From Acidimicrobiales bacterium (GTDB taxonomy: Bacteria; Actinomycetota; Acidimicrobiia; Acidimicrobiales; RAAP-2), in the NCBI GenBank assembly GCA_035534235.1, contig DATLSH010000079.1, positions 2,640 to 66,639 of the forward strand: a stretch of DNA of 64,000 nt. The letters are read 5' to 3'. A model generated the notes under the pieces. The model was not told the DNA's origin, ran no database searches, and saw only the letters and a program-made list of their open reading frames with translations. Of the stretch, positions 56,975 through 64,000 are shown one piece after another (within the stretch, counting starts at the first letter, position 1; each line of letters starts with the position of its first letter). A program made the position numbers and the translations under genes.

Positions 56975-57403
56975 TCAGGAACTCGCGGCCTCCTCTTCGA
57001 TCCGCTGGCGTAGCCTGACCAGCAGCTCCGTAGTGGACACGCCAGGGGTATAAGGGACCGTCCGGTAGATCCCCATCTCCATTGCGACGGCGTAGTATTT
57101 CGCCGCCGTGTGGTCATCAAAATCGTCTCCGTGTACGACGAGGTCAATTCGGTGGGTCTTCAACCAGTCCTGATTGACCGCAAGGGGGGCATTGGCCACC
57201 ACTTCGTCGACATAGCGGCACCCGGCCACAACTGCCATCCGTTCCGTCATGGTCATGAGAGGTCGTCTCTTGTAGGACTCGACGGCATCATCGGTGTGGA
57301 TCCCAACCACCAGCGCGTCCCCGAGGGACTTCGCCTTGCGCAGAAACTCCACATGGCCAGGGTGGAAGAGATCCGCCACCATGTCAACATACACACGGGT
57401 CAT
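56975..57403 (-). CDS. HxGH cytidylyltransferase, CCT/ECT-like (predicted CTP:aminoethylphosphonate cytidylyltransferase)
   Basis: VYVDMVADLFHPGHVEFLRKAK...VVGIHTDD...CRYVDEVV...RTVPYTPGVSTTELL closely follows the phosphocholine/phosphoethanolamine cytidylyltransferase pattern. Confidence 0.8.
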   Translation of the reverse strand: MTRVYVDMVADLFHPGHVEFLRKAKSLGDALVVGIHTDDAVESYKRRPLMTMTERMAVVAGCRYVDEVVANAPLAVNQDWLKTHRIDLVVHGDDFDDHTAAKYYAVAMEMGIYRTVPYTPGVSTTELLVRLRQRIEEEAASS

Positions 57404-58428
57404 GATGCGAGAACGTGGAAGAGGTTTTCAATCACTTCTTCGTCCATGGCCGCTCCCATGTTCGCCACACGAAAGATCTCGGTGCGCAACTCGTTCTGAC
57501 CATGATAGATGACGTATCCGTACTTGAGAGCCTGGGCAAACAGTGTGTCGGGGTCACGTCCCTCAAGCCTGAACGACGTCAAGACCCATGAGCGGAGTGA
57601 TTCCTCAAGCAGTGGCTCGAAGTGACGGGATCCGGCGGTCCACACGGCACGGACCAACCTGTGATAGCGGGCCGGTCGGTCCTCCGACTCAAGGATGTCG
57701 AGGGCGACATCGAGGCCGATCATGGCCTGGATGTTTGGAGTGCTCGGGATCCCATCGGCATACGCGGGCACATTGAGCACCGGCACGGTGGGATACGAGC
57801 GCAGTTCGCGCTTCCAAAGCACTCCAGCGATTCCCGGCAGCGACTCCAGGCACTTATTGCTGTTGAAGCAGACCACATCGACACTCCGGTCGACCTCGTG
57901 CACGCCGAGCGAACTGACGGCATCGACAAAGAGTCGTACACCATGTCGCCGGCAGAGTTGCGCCACAGCCGCGAGCGGATTCAAAATACCGGTTGTCGTC
58001 TCGTGGTGGACCATCGCTACCCAGTCGGGCTCACGGGCCTCCATGTCCTCTTCCAAGGCCTTGAGGTCCAAGGGTGCCCCGACAGGAACAGAGGACGCCC
58101 AAGCCTCGGCACCTTCGAGCGTGGAAAGGGTCCGTACCATTCGTTGGCAATAGAGGCCGTTGTCCGCCACCAACACCCTGCCCCGGACGAAGGACGCAAG
58201 ACCCGCATCAACGGCGAGGCTGCCCGACCCATGCAGCAGACTGAGTGCAACTTGCCCTGAGTCGAGACCCAGATGAGACAGGATCCTCGCACGCACCCGA
58301 TCCTGGAGCTCCTCGAATTCTGGTTGGCGATGGCAAAGCTCTACATTGAACAGGTTCTCTTTGATACGAGGATCGAGATTGACCGGACCCGGATTAAAGA
58401 GGATCTGCTGGCGAGACGTCAGCGGCAT
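57400..58428 (-). CDS. phnW: class V aminotransferase, 2-aminoethylphosphonate:pyruvate transaminase-like
   Basis: ILFNPGPVNLDPRIK...HHETTTGILNP...VDAVSSLG...FNSNKCLESLPG, with the PLP Lys in the NK context. Confidence 0.75.
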   Translation of the reverse strand: MPLTSRQQILFNPGPVNLDPRIKENLFNVELCHRQPEFEELQDRVRARILSHLGLDSGQVALSLLHGSGSLAVDAGLASFVRGRVLVADNGLYCQRMVRTLSTLEGAEAWASSVPVGAPLDLKALEEDMEAREPDWVAMVHHETTTGILNPLAAVAQLCRRHGVRLFVDAVSSLGVHEVDRSVDVVCFNSNKCLESLPGIAGVLWKRELRSYPTVPVLNVPAYADGIPSTPNIQAMIGLDVALDILESEDRPARYHRLVRAVWTAGSRHFEPLLEESLRSWVLTSFRLEGRDPDTLFAQALKYGYVIYHGQNELRTEIFRVANMGAAMDEEVIENLFHVLAS

Positions 58429-58443
58429 TTCGTTCTCAGCGTT

Positions 58444-58929
58444 CTACCGCGTAGAGCGATCGTGGGTGTCGCCCAATGCGTCCCTGATGCGGTCACTGTT
58501 TGCCTCGACTGTCAAGCTCACCCGGGGCGGTCTTCCGTCCCGGGTGATCTTCACCACTTCCGTCACGCCGGGATAGGACTCCTCCAGCACGGCGCACGGT
58601 TGGCCACCCACCGACTCATGACACCCGTTGTCGAGAACGTAGTGAAAGAGGTTGGTGAGTGCGCTCTCTCGCACGGTATGCGTAGTGCCCAGACTCATCA
58701 GCAAGGACGCATCGCCATTGATTACCACGACGTCACACGAAGCATTGAGCGCCATTCCTAAACCGATAGCAGGAGCCAGGCCCATGCTGCCTTGCATGTA
58801 GAACACATTGTAACCACCGCCGGCTTCAGCGAACACCGCTCGACTGATGTATCCGGTGGACGCGACGTAGACGGCGTCATGCCCGTGCCGACCCAGGATC
58901 TCTCGAATCGCCTGGTCCCTGCCCTTCAT
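58444..58929 (-). CDS. phosphonopyruvate/sulfopyruvate decarboxylase, beta (TPP-binding) subunit
   Basis: GSMGLAPAIGLGMAL...VVVINGDASLLMSLGT...VLDNGCHES is the TPP GDG-x-N motif region. Confidence 0.8.
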   Translation of the reverse strand: MKGRDQAIREILGRHGHDAVYVASTGYISRAVFAEAGGGYNVFYMQGSMGLAPAIGLGMALNASCDVVVINGDASLLMSLGTTHTVRESALTNLFHYVLDNGCHESVGGQPCAVLEESYPGVTEVVKITRDGRPPRVSLTVEANSDRIRDALGDTHDRSTR

Positions 58930-58959
58930 GGGCGACCTGGCGAGAGAGCGCGTCTTGGT

Positions 58960-59373
58960 TCACCCCTCATTGTTCTCCCCGGCAACCAGAATGTAGTTGT
59001 GCCAACCCAACAACTCGAGCAATGAGCGGTCGATCTCACCCATGACTCGGTGCTGAGGGAGGGTGTGACGGTGCCCCACCACCATGAGCAAGTCAATTCC
59101 GTACGGGATACACAGGGTGGCCAATGGGTTGACGGTATGTCCCAATCCCGCGTTCTGAAGGTACACACACGGTCTTGCCCCGGCTAACGAAGCTCCGGCA
59201 GCGATGCCCATCGCTTCCGCCTCCCACGTCGCCGTGATATGTCGGTCTGCCGGCAGCCCGGCCAAATCAGAAATGAACTCTTTCAGACCGCTGTCGGGCA
59301 CGCCCGTGAAGAAGTCATACCCGTCGGCCAAGAGGCTGTCCAGCAGCCCCTTATCGGACGTAACGATCCTCAT
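58960..59373 (-). CDS. phosphonopyruvate/sulfopyruvate decarboxylase, alpha subunit
   Basis: DFFTGVPDSGLKEF...EAEAMGIAAGASLAGARPCVYLQNAGLG is the TPP_enzyme_N-type pyrimidine-binding region. It overlaps the pepM-like stop by 23 nt. Confidence 0.8.
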   Translation of the reverse strand: MRIVTSDKGLLDSLLADGYDFFTGVPDSGLKEFISDLAGLPADRHITATWEAEAMGIAAGASLAGARPCVYLQNAGLGHTVNPLATLCIPYGIDLLMVVGHRHTLPQHRVMGEIDRSLLELLGWHNYILVAGENNEG

Positions 59374-60235
59374 TCGCCTTCAATTCGTCCACGTAAATGA
59401 TTCGGAAGATCTCATCCATACTGACAACATTGCTGTTCCCATCGGCCAGCCGCTTCTTTTCCATCAGCATGCCAAACGTGTCTTGAAGGGCCTTGGCGAT
59501 AGCTCGGATCCCGTAATTCGCGAAAATGATAAGTTTGAATCCGGCGCCGTCCAGGGCCTCGTAACTGACGGTGTTGTACGTCGTCGGAACGCACACCAAC
59601 GGTGCCGTCTCGCTCCGGTACCATTTCTCAGCAAACTCCAGAACGGGTCCGGGATCCCCTTCCTTGTGATGAATCAGGATCCCTTCTGCTCCTTCGGCTG
59701 CATACTCCCGAGCCCGGTCGAGTGCAACCTTTAGGCCTAAGCCCTTGATAAGCGCCTCGGTACGAGCAATAACCGCGAACTGAGTATCTGTCCTCTGCTC
59801 CAATGCTGCTCGTAGCTTGCCGCAGAACGTGCTCGAGTTCTCAATCTCCTCTTGCATGCCGGCATAGAAGGAACATCTTTTCGGGAAGACGTTGTCTTCA
59901 ATGCACATCCCACTCCCACCCGCCTTCTCAAATTCCCTGACGAGCCGGATCGTGTTGATTGCGTTACCTCCGCCGGCGTTACCGTCAACAAGAACCGGGA
60001 TCTTTACCCGGTCGACGATTTTGGAGACGACGTCTACGTAGTCCTGAGTGCCCAGGATGTCGGCGTCCGGAAGCCGTGCGGCCGCATGGACCTCGAAGCT
60101 GGAAACCCAGAGCCCATCTGCTCCGGCCTCCTCCGCAATTTTGGCTCCCATCGCGTTGTGAACGCCCATCAGAACAGCGGCATGATCTCCATGGAGAAGT
60201 TGAAGAACTGTCTTGTCAGGGAAGATCATTTCCAC
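59351..60235 (-). CDS. ICL/PEP-mutase superfamily enzyme, probable divergent phosphoenolpyruvate mutase
   Basis: GVHNAMGAKIAEEAGADGLWVSS...LPDADIL...PVLVDGNAGGGNAIN...GMCIEDNVFPKRCSF. It is the first gene of the operon with decarboxylase and aminotransferase. The canonical EDKxxxxxNS signature is not conserved. Confidence 0.65.
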   Translation of the reverse strand: MEMIFPDKTVLQLLHGDHAAVLMGVHNAMGAKIAEEAGADGLWVSSFEVHAAARLPDADILGTQDYVDVVSKIVDRVKIPVLVDGNAGGGNAINTIRLVREFEKAGGSGMCIEDNVFPKRCSFYAGMQEEIENSSTFCGKLRAALEQRTDTQFAVIARTEALIKGLGLKVALDRAREYAAEGAEGILIHHKEGDPGPVLEFAEKWYRSETAPLVCVPTTYNTVSYEALDGAGFKLIIFANYGIRAIAKALQDTFGMLMEKKRLADGNSNVVSMDEIFRIIYVDELKANEDRYVR

Positions 60236-60510
60236 AAGCTACCAAGATCGTTGAGGGAATGTAGGAGCCGTGATTGCCTCCCTTTGCACGTGCGACACCC
60301 GTAGTGCGTCCCCGCTCACCGACAATTCGCGGCGAGAACGCCCAGAAGTTCAGGCAGGATTCGCCGGAAGCGGGCCGACTCGGTTGAGGAGATCCCGATG
60401 ATTTCGCCGTCGACACCGATCAGGTACTGGGGTACCAGAACCTACTGAGGGGTACCTCGCACACCACGCGCCGACTCTTCCAGTCTCTGAACATTGGTAA
60501 CATTCCTCGA

Positions 60511-60945
60511 ATGCCCGACCCCCCAGAAAGGCAATCGGCACAGGCTCCCGCTCAGTCCAACTCCGATATTGTCCGTGAAATCACCGGAGCTCTGGCCCGA
60601 GGCGACTTGCTGGTGGTGATGAGCAAGCTGTCAAAGGACATCCGGTGGGCCGTGAATGCAGCCGATCGCGAAAGTGCACCCTGGTTCCGGGTCTACGAGG
60701 GCCGCAAGAACTTGCCGGACTTCTTTTCCGAGCTGGCCAAAGTCGAGTTCTCGGATTTCACCCTCAAGGCAGTAGCCAGTGATGGTGATGTCGTGATCAC
60801 GTGGCTCCACGTGGCCTTCACCGGCCCATCAGGTCGCTCGGTCGACATGGAAGAGACCCAGATTTGGCGATTCGAAAATGGCAAGGTGCGTTCCGTCGAC
60901 ACGTTGCTCGACACCGCTGCCGTGGCCGCCGTATTCGGGCCGTAG
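60511..60945 (+). CDS. NTF2-like / SnoaL-like small protein
   Basis: 144 aa with an alpha+beta cone-type pattern (...ITWLHVAFTGPSGRSVDMEETQIWRFENGKVRSV...). Confidence 0.55.
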   Translation: MPDPPERQSAQAPAQSNSDIVREITGALARGDLLVVMSKLSKDIRWAVNAADRESAPWFRVYEGRKNLPDFFSELAKVEFSDFTLKAVASDGDVVITWLHVAFTGPSGRSVDMEETQIWRFENGKVRSVDTLLDTAAVAAVFGP

Positions 60946-60959
60946 GCTGCCGCCGCCTC

Positions 60960-62729
60960 TCAACCCTTCGGGAATGCGGCGCCGTATTCATTGAGGAGAT
61001 GCTCGGTGAGCAGCTCGGACGCCAGTATGCGGCCGTGCCACTCGAACAATGAGTGTTCCAGGCCAGGGATCATGACCATCCGGAATTGCGGTTGCCGCTG
61101 CAGCCGGCGCATGGTCCGTCCTTCACCCCGTTTGAGAAGATGAGTTTCGTTCTCGCCGGCGATCACGAATATGTTGACACCGGCATCAATCACCTTGGAC
61201 AGGGTGCGCGCCGGCGGCGACTCCACGGCTATCCGGTTGATGATCCACCAGGCGGGACCGGGCAGGCCTTCGACAAAGGGGCCCAGCTTGTCGTGAGCCG
61301 GCAGTGCTCGAGCCCAGCGCTTCGTGGCCCCAGAGGCCTGCCGACGGCTATCGAGCGTTCCGCTCTGAAGCTCGGGAGGTGCCTTCGAACTCACCTCCGG
61401 TGGTTTGAACGTGAGGATCGGATTCACCACCAGCAGGCCGCGCACATGGCCGGCAATAGCTCCCTCAACAGCATGGTAGGCACCTGAGCAGAGCCCGACG
61501 AGGATGGCGTTTGACGGATCGTCGGGCGATGCGGCGTGGAGTACGTCGAGGATGTCGTCCAGCGCCTCGGGTGAATAGACAACGTGCGGGACCTGATCAA
61601 CTCGCATCGGACTGTCACCCACGCCGACCAGGTCGAAGCGGATGACACGGAAACCGGCTTCGGCCCAACGGCGAGCGAGCGTCACCCACAGGCGCGCCGG
61701 TCCGACGTGATCGATCTCTCCCGCGTTGAAGCAGAAGATCGTGGGCAATGCACCAGGGACCCCCAGCGCGTCCCGGCTCGCCTCATCGGCACTCAGAGTC
61801 ACAAGTCGTTGATCGGCGTCATGGCGGGTAGTCATGATTCCGAACAGGTTTCTACGGCCGAGCACAACCGGGCGTTCGTCTATGGACACACCGTCTGTGG
61901 TGGTGCCGACAACGGCCAGGTTTCGCCCTACGGTATCGCTTTCGATCTCCACCATTGGATCTGCAGCGGGTACAGTAGCCAGCCAATCTGCAATGGTCGC
62001 AATGGTCGCTTCGGGCATGATCGTCGCGTGAGGAAGAACATCGACAAGATCTTCCTGCCCGGCAATTGGCAAGCGCAACACATTTGGCATGTCGAGACGC
62101 TCGTTCATGCGCCGGTCGCCCTTGCGACTGGACCGCATGAGCAAAAGGACTCTGTCGGCGAGTGGTCCCTCCTGGTTGGCGATTGCCACGGCTGACAGGT
62201 CCGCCACCGTCTCCTTGTCGTAGACGAGCCCGGGTGTCTCAATTGCGCCATCGTCATGGGACTTGGTACCCAGAGCTACTGACCACAGCGCGCTCTGCCC
62301 CCGGAGGAACGCCCGCCCGGAAGCACAGGGGTCCCACAAGACAAGGTCGTCAATGACGGCGGGCCCTGATCCGAACGTCTCGGCACTGAGGGTTGCACCG
62401 ACACGCATGCCGACCACACCCAGTCGCCCGAGCCCCAGCCCCCGCATGAACTGCACCGCATGGCGAATGCTCGCCATCCACGCAGCGGTTCGCTCGGGAT
62501 CCTCGTGTCGGCCGGCCGAGTCGCCGGTTCCGTCGTAATCAAATCGCAAGGCCACAAGACCTGACTCGGCCAGTCGATCTGCCAAGAGCCTGAAGGCGAG
62601 ATGTGCACTCACCGCCTCAATACCCATAGTCGGGCAGAGCACCACGCCTCCACGGGCACTCCCGTCTTCCGGAACGTGCAGCCAACCGAACAGCGGGCGA
62701 TCCTCGGGGCCGAACCACAGCGACTTCAC
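60960..62729 (-). CDS. tandem alpha/beta-hydrolase-fold protein
   Basis: Domain 1 reads LFGWLHVPEDGSARGGVVLCPT...LRFDYDGTGDSAG with elbow GMRVG (no Ser). Domain 2 reads RFDLVGVGDSP...VGLCSGA (Cys at the nucleophile position). Confidence 0.7.
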   Translation of the reverse strand: MKSLWFGPEDRPLFGWLHVPEDGSARGGVVLCPTMGIEAVSAHLAFRLLADRLAESGLVALRFDYDGTGDSAGRHEDPERTAAWMASIRHAVQFMRGLGLGRLGVVGMRVGATLSAETFGSGPAVIDDLVLWDPCASGRAFLRGQSALWSVALGTKSHDDGAIETPGLVYDKETVADLSAVAIANQEGPLADRVLLLMRSSRKGDRRMNERLDMPNVLRLPIAGQEDLVDVLPHATIMPEATIATIADWLATVPAADPMVEIESDTVGRNLAVVGTTTDGVSIDERPVVLGRRNLFGIMTTRHDADQRLVTLSADEASRDALGVPGALPTIFCFNAGEIDHVGPARLWVTLARRWAEAGFRVIRFDLVGVGDSPMRVDQVPHVVYSPEALDDILDVLHAASPDDPSNAILVGLCSGAYHAVEGAIAGHVRGLLVVNPILTFKPPEVSSKAPPELQSGTLDSRRQASGATKRWARALPAHDKLGPFVEGLPGPAWWIINRIAVESPPARTLSKVIDAGVNIFVIAGENETHLLKRGEGRTMRRLQRQPQFRMVMIPGLEHSLFEWHGRILASELLTEHLLNEYGAAFPKG

Positions 62730-64000
62730 GCGGTCACCTCGGTACTTCCGGTGTTCGACGTGGCCGGTCCGGCACCTTCGGCCACGGCGATACTCACCGG
62801 ACTCTGCAAATTCAGGGCTCGGATCACCCCTATGGGCGGACGCTCATGGACATCTTCTCCGGATCGAACTCCGCCAGTCAGAGAGGCGGACCTTTCGGGA
62901 TGCAGGCGGACTACCCGGGTCCCGCCAGGTTCGAGGTGGAACCACGAATCACTGGGGCGCCAGCCCGGTGCGTCGATCGCTACCGACTGGGCGAAGCGGC
63001 GGGTCGCCACGTGGAGATCCCACGAGCCTGCCGCCGCCGGGTGCGCGTGAGCGGTGAGCCCCAAATGACCTTCTACTTGTCGACAAGGTCCACCGGGTAA
63101 CCAATGGACCTGACTGACGACTGTGGGATCGACCGCCGAGCGTTCGTCGGTTGAGGTCATATGTGCGGCACCCAACGCTAATGCTCCCTGCCCATCGGTC
63201 ATCAACGACACCGAGACGACATCGTAGGTCAAAGGCCCAAATCGATAGGCGTAACTGATGTCGCGGAAGCCATCGAATAGCGCCGTCGCTTCAATCTCGA
63301 TCCCTCCACGTGCCGGAATGACCACGATCTGCTGGCCGACTTCAGAGAGCAGCTCCCCCCGCTGATAGAGCGTCACCCGCACCGATCCGGTGAACTCCGC
63401 AGCGGTGTCGTTCAGAAGGTGGAGGCGGAGCCCATTGACTCCCTCGTCGGTCACCAGAACAGCAATCGGTGAGAAGACCCGCCTCAGTGCAAACCATGGG
63501 GCCTTGGGCCGGCCCAGCGCGTCAATGATCCCCCATCCCGGGCCGGGCATCAGGTCACGTAGGGCAATCAGCAGCCCCCCGGCACAGGGAGATCCTGGTC
63601 GGCGCCACTCGGAGAACACCCTGGCCATCACCTCGGCCACTGCGGCCCGCCCGAGATCGAGTGAACGCTCCGGGTTGAGGTGCCGCAGCATGTGCGCATC
63701 AATCCCGAACACCTGGTGCACATAGAACTCGCGTACATCTTCGAGGTCCAAAGCTCGCCCAGTGTCATGGTGCACTGATCGCTTCCACCCCGGGTCGTGC
63801 CCGGCACGGATCGCCCCACCGCATACCTCGTCCACCGTCTGTCGTTCGGGCGGTACCCCGAAGGCCAGCCCTTCGCTCATGAAACGCACGTTGGCGCGTC
63901 GGGCATCGTCAATTGGCCGAAGGAAGGTCCCGACTCCGAAGTAGTGGCTGACCCCGACATCGACGCGGAAGGGTAGGTCTCCCCCGGTGGGGCTCGACAC
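62726..64000 (-). CDS. glycoside hydrolase, GH2 (beta-mannosidase-like) C-terminal part; 5' end beyond the window
   Basis: RFMSEGLAFGVPP resembles the GH2 nucleophile block F-x-SE-x-G. Downstream beta-sandwich-like regions follow. The frame is open to base 64000, so the M in the track is an edge artefact. Confidence 0.55.
   Translation of the reverse strand: MSSPTGGDLPFRVDVGVSHYFGVGTFLRPIDDARRANVRFMSEGLAFGVPPERQTVDEVCGGAIRAGHDPGWKRSVHHDTGRALDLEDVREFYVHQVFGIDAHMLRHLNPERSLDLGRAAVAEVMARVFSEWRRPGSPCAGGLLIALRDLMPGPGWGIIDALGRPKAPWFALRRVFSPIAVLVTDEGVNGLRLHLLNDTAAEFTGSVRVTLYQRGELLSEVGQQIVVIPARGGIEIEATALFDGFRDISYAYRFGPLTYDVVSVSLMTDGQGALALGAAHMTSTDERSAVDPTVVSQVHWLPGGPCRQVEGHLGLTAHAHPAAAGSWDLHVATRRFAQSVAIDAPGWRPSDSWFHLEPGGTRVVRLHPERSASLTGGVRSGEDVHERPPIGVIRALNLQSPVSIAVAEGAGPATSNTGSTEVTA

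Overview
This is a densely coding, high-G+C window of actinobacterial type. The backbone gene order matches the conserved Actinomycetota core: xerD-nudix-pyrG, recN-nadK-tlyA-HAD, scpA-scpB-rluB, and cmk...der. I could not assign a taxon from sequence alone.

I support about 65 protein genes and one tRNA-Pro(GGG). There are no rRNA genes, CRISPR arrays, IS elements or phage integrases. Three regions read as accessory and look lower in G+C by eye (not computed).

1. About 6.6-15.4 kb: a cell-envelope glycan cluster. It holds three SAM methyltransferases, GT4 and GT2 glycosyltransferases, and a 1290-aa AftD-like GT-C enzyme. It ends at the 3' side of tRNA-Pro.
2. About 15.5-21.3 kb: a GAF-domain signalling cluster. 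It holds a GAF-GGDEF protein, two tandem GAF-ANTAR proteins, a GAF histidine-kinase homologue whose H-box His is replaced by Arg, and a phosphoesterase.
3. About 55.3-60.2 kb: the most interesting system, a phosphonate cluster. It encodes a PEP-mutase-like enzyme with a non-canonical active-site signature, a split phosphonopyruvate-decarboxylase-like pair and an AEP-type aminotransferase. A eukaryote-like CCT/ECT-type cytidylyltransferase, a methyltransferase and a LicD-family transferase follow. Together these predict a CMP-activated aminoethylphosphonate headgroup, possibly N-methylated, installed on a surface glycoconjugate.

Smaller observations:
- An SRPBCC gene is interrupted by an in-frame TAG.
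- A HAD phosphatase gene has lost its start frame at a G6 run.
- tlyA's S4 domain is reachable only from a CTG codon overlapping the upstream stop.
- A small basic ORF is missing from the ORF track.
- AroA and Cmk are fused.
- There is a degenerate GGDEF protein with an intact I-site.
- A pair of diverged paralogous coiled-coil genes lies in inverted orientation.
- A dense palindrome array sits upstream of a TetR gene.
- A vapBC module lies in the expanded cmk-der interval.

All calls rest on reading the translations and the DNA. No database search was run.
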